A DNA stretch of 64,000 bases from Octopus sinensis (taxonomy: Eukaryota), in assembly GCF_006345805.1 (NCBI RefSeq), contig NC_043000.1, positions 99,324,001 through 99,388,000 on the forward strand, in the 5' to 3' direction. The position numbers were made by a program, and so were the translations under genes. Of this stretch, positions 23,839-37,845 are shown one piece after another. The notes beneath the pieces are model-generated. The model saw nothing but the letters and a program-made list of their open reading frames with translations. It had not been told where the DNA came from and made no database searches. The first letter of the stretch is position 1, and every line of letters starts with the position of its first letter.

Positions 23839-23981
23839 CAATTAAGGACAACTACTTAATAAGGAAAACTTAACAAGAAATTGTCAGGTAGATAGCGTAA
23901 AAACCTCATAAGAGAAAAATTTCGAAAATAATTATTTCTTATTGAACATATTAATTTATATATAGAGGGCATTATACATAC

Positions 23982-24020
<39 letters not shown>

Positions 24021-24517
24021 TACATACATACATACATAGACAGAAGAAAGACGGACAGACAGAGAGACAAACAGACACAGAGAGAGAGAGAGAGAGAAAG
24101 AGACAGAGAGATAGGTAAGTAGGTGGGCAGGCAAGTAGGAAGATAGGTAGACAGAAGTTTAGATAGGAAGAAAGAGATATCCATTGATACGATATAAGTG
24201 TTTAAGATAATAGTGCACTCCACATCGGGTGAATTTTTATGCTTATATTAAATAAACATAGAGAAAACGTTGGTAACTAGCAAAAATGAACTGACAATTC
24301 CGGAAGTCGTAATACTGTCAGAATAAAAATTACTTCCTGTGTCAATTGAAGTAGCAAAGAAACTTCTTGTAAATTGAAAGAAGAGAATGTTAATTAACCT
24401 ATATTCATATACCATTAATGATGTATTATTGTCGGATACAATAATCCCTTGTTCATCGCATCAAGTGTGAATAATTGTAATTGCCTCAATATGCACATAC
24501 ATACTGGCAAGTTTGTG

Positions 24518-24587
<70 letters not shown>

Positions 24588-25044
24588 ATCCAATCATGAA
24601 AACACTAAGAGAAAACACAACAACGCGAGAACGTGGAACAAGTATAGTGTTATTTGACGAGCGTGTGTGTGTGTTCCCGCGTGTATATGTGTGTATGCAT
24701 GTGCAACTTTTAATTGAAACTGAAACTTTATCTTGCAAATCGAATTTCATGCCACCGAGATCTTCAGGCGAGTTCTTACATGAAGAACAAATTGGCGTGA
24801 AACTCGAGTCGTGCGACGATGTCTCTGTTTCAGTGTGAATTAAGAAAACCCATATACATCACTCCCCTCCCATTCGTCCGACACGATGTGAATACGTGTG
24901 TTGAAACAGATAGTTCTATATATGGTGATGGTCATTTTTGTTGGGTTTTTTGTGGGGCGGTGGGGAATTAAGCCCACATAGTATTTATTTGATCTTCATT
25001 CTAGTTTTTATTCCTCTTATAGTCTATACGTCTCTTTTATTCTT

Positions 25045-25295
25045 TTACTCTTTAACTTGTTTCAGTCATTTTGACTGTGGCCATCCTGGAGCACCGCCTT
25101 TAGTCGAGCAAATCGACCGCAGAACTTATTCTTTGTAAGCCTAGTACTTATTCTATCGGTCTCTTTTGCCGAACCGCTAAGTTACGGAGACACACCACCA
25201 TCGGTTGTCAAGCGATGTTGGGGAACACACACACACACACACACACAAACATATACACACGTACATATATAAATATATATATATAAACACACACT

Positions 25296-25389
<94 letters not shown>

Positions 25390-25552
25390 GACGGGCTTCT
25401 TTCAGTTTCTGTCTACCAAATCCACTCATAAGGTTTTGATCGGCCCGAGGCTATAGTAGAAGACACTTGCCCAAGGTGCCACGCAGTGGGACTGAACCCG
25501 GAACCATGTGGTTGGTAAGCAAGCTACCTACCACACAGCCACTCCTGCGCCT
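25045..25552 (-). mobile_element. SINE family C, full length, with internal (TA)n/(TG)n
   Basis: tRNA-like head GGCGCAGGAGTGGCTGTGTGGTAGGTAGC...GGTTCAGTCCC, a CCTTGGGCAAGT CORE/V-like start, an internal microsatellite, then the 3' module. Confidence 0.9.
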
Positions 25553-26841
25553 ATGTCTGTCAAAGTTCTTTCGCCACCCATTATGTGACCTCACCAGTGA
25601 ATAAACAGGACAAAAGGAAACTCACAGTGAGTCACAGTGAGTCACAGATGAGCTTTGATATACGTATAAACTAAAATCAATACGAATAAAAACTAAAGTG
25701 ATAATCAAACAAATAGTGCATGTGTTTAATTGGCAAGAAAATAATCAACCCCTAGTGTAACAATACGCCCCCCCCCACACACACACACACATGCACACAA
25801 GCGCGCGTGCACGTACGCACACCAACACACATGGGTTTATGCATTTGGGTGATTATATTTGTATGAATGTACATATGTACGTGCATACATACGTATATAC
25901 ATGCACATATCTACATATATGTGTGTATGAGTGTGTACGTACAAGTATGCAAATATATGTGTATGTGTGTATTATCATGTACATTATTAATTCTTGTGCG
26001 TGCAAGAAGATGTACGTTCAGAGCTGTTACGTATCATCGTCCAGTTGGCTTACAAAATTAGTGGTTGAGCAACTACTCTCATTAGTAGTATTACTAGATA
26101 GGATACACAGAACAGATGTAGGAGAAATTACGATAAACATAAGTTTATATTACCTAGTTCCCATGTACATTTCATCGTAGAGATTGTTTGTAACTCTGAA
26201 ATGAACGACACACGTGCAATTGGAACAATCTCTTTCAGGGAATACTTTATTGCACAATGTTACAGAGAACTAATTGTCTTGGGTTTGTTAGATGGCAAGG
26301 CGTTTTATAAATATTTTGAGAGGGAAGTAGAAAGAAAACAATTAACAGAGAAGGTAAAATGGGACTAAGAAACAACAGAAAGGGAGATAGAAGAGGAGAA
26401 AATGAGAACAAAATTGTGGGTTTGCGAGCAAGCAACTAATTATTCTGGTTCAACAACCTTCGTTTGCGTCTTTACCTCTTATATTCTTTCTAGATCAAAT
26501 ACTTAAGTTAACTTCCTTTTGCTTCAGGATCTAGTGCATTCAGCTGGATGAAGTTCATCAACTGTTATACAGGGACTTTTCGCACTACTACATAAGACGC
26601 TTTGACTGATTTTTAAAGAATCACTTGTGATGGGTAGAAGAGCAAAATAACTTCTCAAAATGAAGTTAGTTGAAAAGCGGAAGCTTGTAACTCTACCAAA
26701 AAGAATCTTTGACCGAGAAATGCCGTGCATTAACTATAGTTTTGATTTCGTCATGACCAAATTCTTCGACAATAAGCTCGTTTTTGAAAGTATGTGATTC
26801 GTTCATTTCCCTAGGTAACATATTAATAGGAATACTTCACA

Positions 26842-27071
26842 GGCGCCGAGCTGGTAGAATCGTTAGCGCGCTGGGCGAAATGCTTAGCGGTATTTCGTCT
26901 GTCTTCGTGTTCTGAGTTCAAATTCCGCCGAGGTCGACTTTGCCTTTCATCCTTTCGGGGTCAATAAATTAAGAACCAATTACACACTGGGGTCGATGTA
27001 ATTGACTTGATTCCTTTGTCTGTCCTTGTTTGTCCCCTGTATGTTTAGCCCCTTGTGGCCAATAAAGAAAC
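26842..27071 (+). mobile_element. SINE family B, full length
   Basis: Head GGCGCCGAGCTGGTAGAATCG with B-box GAGTTCAAATTCC, central GCCTTTCATCCTTTCGGGGTC (Meta-type domain by recall), tail ...AATAAAGAAAC. 14-bp TSD AGGAATACTTCACA at 26828-26841 and 27072-27085. Confidence 0.9.
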
Positions 27072-27292
27072 AGGAATACTTCACAGGCTGAGCACTTGGT
27101 ACAACTTACAATTAATGTGGCAGTTGCATCGCATACGTACGCAATATGTATGTTTATTGCAGATATGTCTAATATTTATGCGCTGGGTGATGAACGTGTT
27201 TGCTTCTACAATTGTTTTGACGTGTATGTGTATTTATACCTATTTCTTAACATGTTATTATATATATGTAATGGTATATATGTCTATGTAAA

Positions 27293-27535
27293 GGTTGCGT
27301 GGTTTAGTGGTCAGGGTGTTAGACTCAGGATCATAAGATTGGGGTTTCGATTCCTGGGCTGGACAACGCATTGTGTTCTTGAGCAAAATACTTTATTTCA
27401 CGTTTCTCCAGTCCACTCAGCTGACAAAAATGAGTAATACTGCGAGGGACCGGCAGGGGTGGGGGAATATATGCCCCACGGAAACCAGGCAACCGGTCCT
27501 ATGAGTCTATATGATTCAGGAAGGATCTTTATTTT
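27293..27535 (+). mobile_element. SINE with D-type head and a different 3' body
   Basis: Head and core align to 44307-44445 up to AAAATGAGT, then diverge (ACTGCGAGGGACCGGC...). Confidence 0.65.
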
Positions 27536-27581
27536 CTTTTATCCTATGTAAGTGTATGCTTATATGTATTTAACTGTGTAC

Positions 27582-27642
<61 letters not shown>

Positions 27643-27651
<9 letters not shown>

Positions 27652-27795
27652 ATGGTGAATTGAAGAAATGGAGCTGAACGCAGATTGAACAGAAATCGTT
27701 TTATTCATAAAATAAAACGATTTATTTCATAAAATAAAACGATTTCTGTTCAATCTGCGTTCAGCTCCATTTCTTCAATTCACCATAATGTTTTA
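27643..27795. repeat. Perfect inverted repeat with 63-bp arms
   Basis: 27643-27705 is the exact reverse complement of 27733-27795. The spacer contains a tandem copy of TTCATAAAATAAAACGATTT. Confidence 0.95.
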
Positions 27796-27948
27796 ATTTC
27801 AATTATCCGCACCAACGCACGGTTGCAACGCCAGATGGTTGTACCTCCAACCGTGCTGTTTACTGCTGTGATTTTTGCTACTAAGGTATCGGTTAAACTT
27901 TTGATTAATCTACTACAAGATTATTCATCTTTCTATTTCACATAATAT

Positions 27949-27986
<38 letters not shown>

Positions 27987-29339
27987 AACACACATATACC
28001 ACCAACACCATCGTGCTTACCATCATCATCATTATCACAACACCGGCCCCACTATCACTTTTGTTAGTGTATTTGCATATTTGTACAAATACATATACAT
28101 ATATACTACACACACACACATGCATATATATATATATATATGGTTGACATCCTTCAACATTGCAGATAAAATGAAGACGAAAATGAAAGAATGGGAGGAG
28201 GAGGAGGAGGTGGTGGTGGTGGTGGTGGTGGTGCAGCAGCAGCAGCAGCCCCTGAATTGACGTTCACATTGATTCTTCAGCCGGCAGCCTTCGACACAAA
28301 CCTGGCATAGTGACACGTGCTTTTCATGTGGATGTTGCATGTACATTTTTCTATGAGGGAATATAAATTGTTCTTGCCAGCTTTGTTCATCCACGTCCAT
28401 AAAGGTTTTATTCTCCGCTTCTTAACCCCTATGACACTCACTATTTCCATAGAGCCCTGTTGTCTGCGACCTACTCTCTGCGAATCTCTCTCACTCAATC
28501 CCTGCGTATTTATGTGTGTCTGTGTCTACGCTTGCGCGCAATTTCATGCATATTAAAACGAGATTCCTTTTAATGGTTTTTGCTTGTTGATATAGCTGCT
28601 ATTATATCGTGTTTAGCATGGTTAAAATATCCTTATTTGACAGGAAGAAATTCATTGATATTCATTTGTACACAACTTGAGATCATTGAGTAATGAAGTT
28701 TTGGGAAAGAAGCTTGTCTGTATGACCTGAAAATGTTAGGAACGATATCTAAAATCAGATTACATCTCTCATCTCTCTCTCTCTCTCATCTCTCTCTCTC
28801 ATCTCTCTTTCTCTCATCTCTCTTTCTCTCATCTCTCTCTCTCTCATCTCTCTCTCTCTCTCTTCTTCTTCTTCTTCTTTGTTTATTTGTTTCTATTTTT
28901 GTTTTGTTTTGTTTTGTTTAGCAGCCGTGTAAATGGCTAATCCATTAGATAAAGTGAGAGGTTCGCTTCCAGCGAGTCTGGTCTACAACACAAAAATTTT
29001 TTAATCACCAGTTGAAGCCATTTCGCATAAGAAACCTTCTCTGTTTTGCTTTGTTGTATTTTCTTTTTTTCTTCTTTGTTTTTTTTTTGTTTGTTTGTTT
29101 GTTTTTTCTTTTAATTATAGCACTAAAACATTTATCATATCTATGTCAGTCCTGGGAAGAAGTATGTACTCACAACTTCAATAACCAAGAAAAAATCAAT
29201 GCTGCTTCACTCGCAAAGTCTTCGTTGATGTCCAGTAAGTAAAAGAGAAAAAAAAAGAAAAAAGAAACAAAGAAACAAAGAAGGAAAGAAAGAAAGAAAG
29301 AAAGACAATAATCTCTGCCAGTAACATCCAGGATGCCAA

Positions 29340-29616
29340 TAAACAAAATTACTTAATAAAATCCTATTCAGATGACATTAGAATGATATTTGAGTAGGAC
29401 AAATATTACGATAAATCATGGAGAAATTTCATGCCAAACAGGAAACCATTAGTATCTATGTCTTTTTTTTTATATCATTTTTCTTTTATTCTATGGAAAC
29501 TATAAATACCTTAAGATAGATGAAGATATGTCTTACGATGATAATGTGTTGGAAGCTGAAGTGATCAAGGAATTCTACACCAGACTCAGAATCATATGGC
29601 AAACGGTATACACTTC

Positions 29617-29647
<31 letters not shown>

Positions 29648-29732
29648 TGGGAGAAGAGGAGGAGGAGAAAGAAGGAAGAAGAGGAAGAGGTGGAGGAAGA
29701 AGAGAAAGAGGTATTGTAGTTAAAGAGGCTGA

Positions 29733-29766
<34 letters not shown>

Positions 29767-30000
29767 TACAAGAGGAGTTGCAGAAGAAGAAGAAGAAGAA
29801 GAAGAAGAAGAAGAAGAAGAAGAAGAAGAAGAAGAAGAAGAAGAAGAAGAAGAAGAAGAGAAGAAGAAGAAAAGAAGAAGAATAAATCGATACGTTGCAA
29901 TGCATTTTTAGTAGCAATATTGGTATTAGACTGGCCACTGGAGAAAATCAGTTTCAGTGACATGAAAACAATCAATAAAATAAAACAACTTTTGTTAGCT
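29340..30000 (+). mobile_element. R4/Dong-like RT remnant split by a compound trinucleotide array
   Basis: KSYSDDIRMIFE*DK, YKYLKIDEDMSYDDNVLEAEVIKEFYTRLRIIW, then after the array NAFLVAILVLDWPLEKI..DMKT. Confidence 0.5.
29618..29882. repeat. Compound (AGT)n(GAG)n(GAT)n(GGT)n(AGA)n array
   Basis: Directly visible. Confidence 0.95.
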
Positions 30001-30388
30001 AACAGTTATCCCATCAACAACTCAAGTAATGTCTCTCCTCTCACATGATACGAAACGCAGGGACGAAACTCCTGCAAGAAATAAAGAAAAGGAATAGTTT
30101 GGCTGAATAGACTGCAATGATTTTCGATGTAAACCGATATTAAACATTAGTTATTACAATAACTATTTTGAGACAGAGAAGAAAATCAGATCTCACGATT
30201 ATCGCCGAGCGGGTGATAAAAATAGAAAAAGAAGAAAAATAACTGTTTATAGAAGTTAATTTGAGAAGATAAAATAATCGGCGCTGTTTTGTTTAATCAC
30301 TGTGTTGTTAATTTCTTTCTCAGATTAGTATTTTTAATATTCAATATCTTGCCTTATTTTGAAGGGTGCTCAACTGGTATTTATTTTA

Positions 30389-30619
30389 GGCGGCGAGCTG
30401 GCAGAAACGTTAGCGCGCCGGGCGAAATGCTTTGCGGTATTTCGTCTGTCGTTACGTTGTGAGTACAAATTCCGCCGAGGTTGACTTTGCCTTTCATCCT
30501 TTCGGGGTCGATAAATTAAGTACCAGTTACGAACTGGGGTCGATGTAATCGACTTAATACCTATGTCTGTCCTTGTTTGTCCCCTCTATGTTTAGCCCCT
30601 CGTGGGTAATAAAGAAATA
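30389..30619 (+). mobile_element. SINE family B nested in an older minus-strand B/B2 copy (about 30330-30735)
   Basis: 13-bp TSD GGTATTTATTTTA at 30376-30388 and 30620-30632. The host resumes as TCGACCCC..AAGGCAAAGTCGACCTC. Confidence 0.9.
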
Positions 30620-31274
30620 GGTATTTATTTTATCGACCCCAAAGGACAGAAGGCAAAGTCGACCTCAGCGGAATTCAAACTCAAAACGTGAACACGGACA
30701 AAATGCTGCTAACAATCCTGCCAACTCACCGCCCTTATATATTCAATATCGTACGTAGCTCATAAATTTATTTATGGATATTGAAAGAATGGTTAAACTC
30801 CAGTTTCTGATCCGGGCAAAAAAACGGGGGGGAAATAGTGTAATGGGTGTAAAACAACATATAGTAAACGAATATCGCAGTTAAATGATAGAGGCGTTAG
30901 CTGGCAAAATGATAGAGGTGTTAGATAATCGGAGAGAATTACGTTGCGTTCCTTCTAGTTTTCAGCGGCCTGTGTTTAATTCCTTTGTCTTTTATATACC
31001 CGAAATGAATAAAAAAATAAGTACCACTTAGTCAGAGGCTCGATTATCTTCTACACCGGAATTGATTACGCTGCTTCGTGAGAAGGGTCGTGGGAGAACA
31101 CTCACAACATTCCTTTTCCAAGAAATGGAGGACTGAACGAGGAACAGACAAACTGGAAACGTCCAAGAAAAACTTGATAATATCAAATGCATCACGGACG
31201 GAATTGAGTCATAATGAAAGGTGTTAATTCGTGGTTTATAAATAATATTTTTTTTAGAAACAAGAGATGATGTA

Positions 31275-31448
31275 GCATAGTAAGTACTGACCCTTTAGCA
31301 TTTAAACGGGCCATACCTAGCCCACACATTCTACCGCTTTTATGTTTAAGCCAGCCGCATCCAGCCTCCATTCTGAAAATAAACAACCACATCACTGAAA
31401 TCTTGAAGCTACAAGATAATTCATGATTAATTTAAAACAATGTAAAAG
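31275..31448. mobile_element. Partial MITE-like repeat (piggyBac-type terminus CCCTTTAGCATT, from recall)
   Basis: Only one terminus is visible. Confidence 0.3.
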
Positions 31449-32208
31449 TCCACAGTGTGATGACGAAAGAACTGATAAGGCCGCGATGTGAATGTGTTTT
31501 TGAATAACAGACCCTTTTCATGTGGACTGTTCTGAGAGTGAAAGAGAGAGGTGTAAACTAGAATGGGTAAGAGGCAAAATCTGCTTCAGCAGAGTTTTGA
31601 TGTAGAGAGCCAAAATACCATAAGGTACTCTATCAAACACTCGAATGACTCTATCATTGCGCTGTCTATACGGCACGAGTGACAACTCAAAATCTTATAA
31701 ACACAAAAAAAAGCAATTAGGTTGACTACACCATCAAAATTTCAGTTAATGTTTTTAAAATATTTACTGGGAAAAGAAAATTAATTTGGTTTTTGACAGA
31801 CACGACGAGGAAGACGACGCCAGTATTGCTGGTGGTGGTGGGTGGGGCGTTTCGACAATGAAAGAGTATTGGGATAATGGTGGTGAGTATTGAATTAGTA
31901 ATAGTAAAATAAAAGTTAACCTGTTGAATATTGTATTCAATTGTCGGGAAAAGGGGTATTTTATGTTGTCGCGCGACCTGCTAGAAACTGCAGTGAAATC
32001 TCTCACAAAGTACGTTCTGCTGCGTAAAGAAAGTATGCATTGGGAAGCACTTTCGACATAGACATGATCGAACATGATTGATCTGGGAGCTAAGTAATAT
32101 CAACGACAAGGAAGGAATCATGGATAATGTCGCGAATTAGCTGGCAGAGCTATGTTCATAGATCTGCTTGATAAGGAGTAACCCGAGGGCCAGACAACAA
32201 CGGCAATA

Positions 32209-32400
32209 GTGGAGGCGCAATGGCCCAATGGTTAGGGCAGCGGACTTGCGGTCGTAAAAACGCGGTTTCGATTCCCAGACTGGGCATTGTGTGTGTTTAT
32301 TGAACAAAAACACCTAAGCTCCACGATGCTCCGGCGGGGGGGGGGTGAACCCCGCTGTACTCTTTCACAACAACTTTCTCTCACTCTTTCTTCCTACTTC
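32209..32400 (+). mobile_element. SINE A head and core only, ending at the module boundary
   Basis: Aligns to the first ~190 nt of family A and stops at CTTCCTACTTCT. Confidence 0.85.
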
Positions 32401-33959
32401 TGCCACAAAATAAAGGAACCATGGTGTAACCCACTATGGTGTGGTAAACTTTCAGACTCTGGTCTAGATTGCAAATCCTCTGTACCCCAGGATGGTTCAG
32501 CTCTCCGCCCGTTAAAAGCCACCGTTTATGGAATGAAGATAAAAACGTAGTTTTCGCGCCCGTGCAACCGCCAGTCTATCGCGTGTGGTGAGTGGATCTT
32601 CAAGTTGCTACATGCATTCTTAGCAGCTTAGAGTAGTCTCGAATTAGGGATTATTCTTTGTGGTTAATGATGTGAGTCCTGATTGGAAGAAGAAGAAAAC
32701 AGCAAATGACATTCACATCAAACTCATACATTCATATCAAACTCAGAATCCCCAGTAGGTGACTGGCACTTTATTGCATTAACCTAGATCAATGTGAACC
32801 TCATTGACATTCGAATTCAGAATATAAAACCGCAACCAAATGCCACAGGGCATTTCTCAACACTCCGATTGTTTCGATCTACTGTTCTTTAAGTAGGATA
32901 ATTACAACGAATGAGATCTGTTAGCACTTTAGAAATTTGGTTATTTTTATGTTGATGCATAGAATGTACTGTTGATGCATAGAATGTACTTCATTGCACT
33001 GTTTCACTCAACTAAAATTTTCGATTACGCCTTCGACTTCGTTCCATGCTTAATGTTGTTTAGCACGTTACACTCGAACACGTGAACGTCGTAAAAAGGA
33101 GAACACAAGATATATATATATGAAATATTTTAGGATTCTTTGGTGTAGAGGAAACATTTTGAAAGTTTCGAAAAAGAAAAACTTCGTGGAAGATATTTTT
33201 TTAGCTGCCACTGTATGTATTTTTTACTGAAGCAGACCACAAAACTATTAGCTTTTGTGAATTCTAATAATTATATTCAATTATTCATATACAAAATTCG
33301 AGTTAATTAACTTGAATCAAAGATCTGTAAATCATTTCACGCTTGGAAGGATATGTCTTGGCAATATATGAAGTAGATAAAGATAAATACAACATGCACC
33401 GTGAACAAATGAGATTGTGTTATGACGGAGACTTGAGGATAGTTATTATTATAATTAATGATGATTATGTCAATAAAAGTTGTACAAAAACAACAGCAGA
33501 TAATTTGAACGAAACGTTTAGTTATGTCAGAGATGTGGCCACGAGATATAATTATAGTCTGAGAACTATAACTATAGTTCTCACTAGCCGTCACTCGCGA
33601 GCGAGTAAAGGTAAGTAATATGTAAAATGTTTTCAGCGACCAGATATAAACGTTCTCTCAAATTTTGGTCTAATAGAACATCCAGGATGAACAGCTGAAG
33701 AGAATGACACTCTGGACGGTACTCATCACAACCGAACGTGAAATAATTAGCACAGAAAATGTTTAGTGAATTCTATAACAAAACTGAACGACCCCTTTTT
33801 GAATATATCTGTAAACTACGAAATTAAGAATGCAAAAATGGCGAAATTATTTCACTCCAAAGTTGAGAAAAAAACGGTATTTATTAGTTTCACAGTTAAA
33901 CAGAGAACTTTCTTCGGAAACCAATTCATGAAAAAATAAATGTAAAATTATGTGTTACG

Positions 33960-34333
33960 TAGGCATGGTTGAGTGGTTAAAAAGCTTACTTTGCAGCCAT
34001 ATGGTTTGGAGTTCGGTACCACCACGCGGCACATTGGGCAACTGTCTTCTATTATAGGCTCAGGCTGACCAATGCTTTCTAAGTGAATTTGGTAGACGGA
34101 AACTCTGTGAAAGATCGTTGTGTGTGTGTGTGCATGTGTGATTGTCTACGAGCACCGATTGACAACCAGTGTAGGTTTGTCCCCGACCTTAGCAGTTCTT
34201 CAAAAGGGGCCGACAGAATGAGTACCCGGTTTCCTATTTTAAAGAAGTCTTGGGGACCGATCTATTCGTCTAAATATACTTCAAGACGGTGCTCCAGCAT
34301 GATCGTAGTCCAACAACTGAAATTAGTAAAAAG
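33960..34333 (+). mobile_element. Old diverged SINE family C copy
   Basis: Degraded head, ATTTGGTAGACGGAAAC, internal (TG)n and GGTGCTCCAGCATG. Confidence 0.7.
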
Positions 34334-34417
34334 ATGAAAAGAAAACAAAGAAATCGTACTTCGATCACAAAATAAATCAAACTTTAAAAATTCAGAACAA
34401 ATATCAGTCGAAAGTTC

Positions 34418-34820
34418 AGGAGTGGCTGTGTGGTAAGTAGCTTGCTTACCAGCCACATGGTTCCGAGTTCAGTCCCACTGCGTGGCAACTTAGGCAAGTG
34501 TCTCCTACTATAGCCTCGGGCCGACCAAAGCCTTGTGAATGGATTTGGTAGACGGAAACTGAAAGAAGCCCGTTGTATATATGTATGTGAGTGTGTGTGT
34601 GCGCGCGCGCGTGTATATGTTTGTGTGTCTGTGTTTGTCCTCCCAACATCGCTTGACAACCGATGCTGCTGTGTTTACGTCCCTGTGACTTAGCGGTTCG
34701 GCAAAAGGAACCGATAGAATAAGTACTAGGCTTACAAAAAATAAGTCCTGGGGTCGATTTGCTCGACTAAATTCGGTGCTCCAGCATGGCCGCAGTCAAA
34801 TGACTGAAAGAAAGTAAAGG
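34418..34820 (+). mobile_element. SINE family C, full length
   Basis: All modules present. Confidence 0.9.
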
Positions 34821-35227
34821 AGTAAAAAAAAGTGTAAATGTTGAAATTTTCGGAAACCCACCCATCACTTGTTCCATAGGATTCTGAAGGAATAAAAACC
34901 GATAGTTATCAGGGAAAGGATGTATCTAAAAGGAAGACAAATCGATTTTCGTAACGAAGAAACAGGTTCAAAAATAATTATGGGAGAAGGAATTTTAAAA
35001 ATAACTACGGAAGAAAATAAATTCGGAAATAATTCAGAAATTTAGGAATGGGACGGATACATACAGTTGAAACTTTCAAAACCATTATTTAGATCAAGTC
35101 GGAAGGAGCAATGAAAAATATGAAAAACCAGAACCATTAAGATGATCCCCACCACAAAAAAAATAAGATAGAGATTTAGACAGACAGACAAACAGATGAC
35201 AGACAGACAAACAGATGACAGACAGAG

Positions 35228-35326
<99 letters not shown>

Positions 35327-36722
35327 CAAATAGACAGATAGGCAGATGACAGACAGAAAGGTAGCTAGATAGACAGACAAACAGACACACGCACTCACAC
35401 AAATACATACATACATACATACATACATACATACATACATACATACTACATGCATACATATATATACAAGGATATTATATGTGTGAATTCAAAATATCCC
35501 ACATAAGTTACGAGTACTGAATTCCTTTCCGATTGTGATTGAATTAATCCAAAATACATATTTACAATCGAATTATTTCATAATAATTATCACATATCAA
35601 TTTCACATCTATTCCTTGTAAATTCCATGTGTAATGGAATTGTTAGTTTTCATTCGCGATATATTATAGTTTATATATTAGAAGTAACATCCTTATAAAT
35701 TCAATACACAACAAGGGACGTTATGAGGTTCAAATATGAAAAAAGGCGAGATTATAACAATTATTTTTAGAGACACTGATATTTTTAAATGAATGTCATA
35801 ATTAATTATCGGTTTAAACTTGGTTTTTCAATAAAAAATATTTCTTTATTAATTCTTGTACTTTTCGTACAATGACAAAGAGAACAGTTCATAGTTTAGC
35901 TGCCAATTTCTTGCTCATCGATCTTAATATTTACTGAAATTTTTCTAATGTACAGATCATGTACTAGTTGTTGGTTAACAGTCATTCGTTTAAATAAGTG
36001 ACTCGCTAACTCAGCCAATGTAATTCACGTCAAATCCCCGTAAATTTTTCAGATGAGCATGTAAAATTCTTTTTCATTTTAAAATGTCCATTTTTTGCAA
36101 CGTAACTCTGAACCTTCAGATACATTAGTAAAAATTCCACAGTTTGAATATTTTTGTTCCCATTGCTATTCCAAATTTGTGTTTGTATATTGCTTAATCA
36201 AAATTTAAGAAGATGTTTTATTAAAAAAATTGAAGATCTTCAATGATAAATTCCTTTCTTATGCAGCATAATTAATGAGGACATATACGTAGCTAAAATG
36301 CATTATATACTTATTTTGTATATAGGATAGCTACATAAAAGAAACTATTTTGGTTCTTTATTTGTTGCATATAGAAGGTGATTTAACATATCCAAGTCGT
36401 CTCTTCTGTGACTCTACTTGTGTATCAAATACGGTTTCTCTAATACATGAAATAAAATCACTTGACAGTTCACAAGATGGACCTGCAACTATTAGACTTA
36501 GTTTTAATAAACAGACGATGGTTTTTTCTGCCTGTTGTCCATAACATTACTTCTGTGGATTCTGGTAATCTATAAAATATTGTTTTACAATTAAAATTGT
36601 TTATATATATTGCCACGCCTTTTCGCTTAAGCCTTTACAGAATGTATTGAACTCGGATGGTTAGTTTTATATTTATTGTTGATCATACATACATACGTAC
36701 ATACATACATACATTCAGACAA

Positions 36723-36764
<42 letters not shown>

Positions 36765-36957
36765 GTATAGTTACACATATATACGCACGCACACATATGT
36801 GTGTGCGTGTACATATATATATACATACGTATATAAATGTTGCGTACATGCACATAATTGTGTGTGTGTGAACCAAATTGAAATCTTAAGAAGAGCTGAT
36901 ATAATTGCCATTTATTATGGCGTACGAGAACATTAGTGCATAAACAAACAAGCAAAC

Positions 36958-36988
<31 letters not shown>

Positions 36989-37176
36989 AAATAAATAAAG
37001 CCATCGAACCGATAAAGTACGATAAGATATCATAAATTACGAGATGGTACGGTAAATTACGATAAAGTACGATAAATGACATAGATCATTTCAGTGTTGG
37101 GAGTTTTTAATGAAGTCAATCTTGTCAACGAGAATAACATTTATGGCTAAACAACCACTTCCGTAGGCCACCCATC

Positions 37177-37208
<32 letters not shown>

Positions 37209-37845
37209 GAAGAATGAATGGTAGCTGGTAGAATACGGAGAGAGAGAGAAAGACAGAGACAGAGATAGAATGATAGCGAGAGAGAGAGATGGGATGAGAG
37301 AGGGAGGTGATGTAGTTTATAGAATGAATCCACCCGTAAGAGACACAAGCCCTATATTTATCAATGCCGTTTTAAGGTTTTAGCACATTGGGCAGGTACC
37401 CGAGCGATTCTAGAGGTCCAGTGTTAATCTGTGCATGATCTCTAGCTTGCTGTCACTAAATAAATATTCTTTTGCAAGAGGGGAGAATTATTTATTTCTA
37501 CAGCTTATTAATTATACAAGTCACATTTTAAATTATAGCATTTAAACTATGAATAAAAGAAACATGAATAAAAGGGGAAAAAAAAGAAAAGTGGAAGAGG
37601 TAAAGCAGCAGAAGATGGAGAGGGAAGGGGAAAGGCCTCATTCCCGGGAACAAATGGTGGAATCAGACGCGCCCCGCGGTAATCACCGCGATGTCGTTAC
37701 CGCGAAAAATGACCAACCATACTCGCTACAGCAGTCATTGGGACCATAATGCGGTTAAGTCGGATTTACTATCTACCAACTGTTATTTTTTTACCTCCCT
37801 TCAACCTGTTCGATTAAAGCTAAAGTAGGACCAAATTGCTGCTGC

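Noticed and set aside
29647-30048. 133-aa E/D/G/R-rich ORF
   Set aside because: Produced by a compound trinucleotide array sitting inside a LINE remnant.
36995-37080. Short ~11-bp TACGATAAA repeats (also 11228-11268, 16152-16190, 25620-25650, 32950-32990) as CRISPR-like arrays
   Set aside because: No unique spacers of constant length, no cas genes, eukaryotic context; these are simple slippage duplications.
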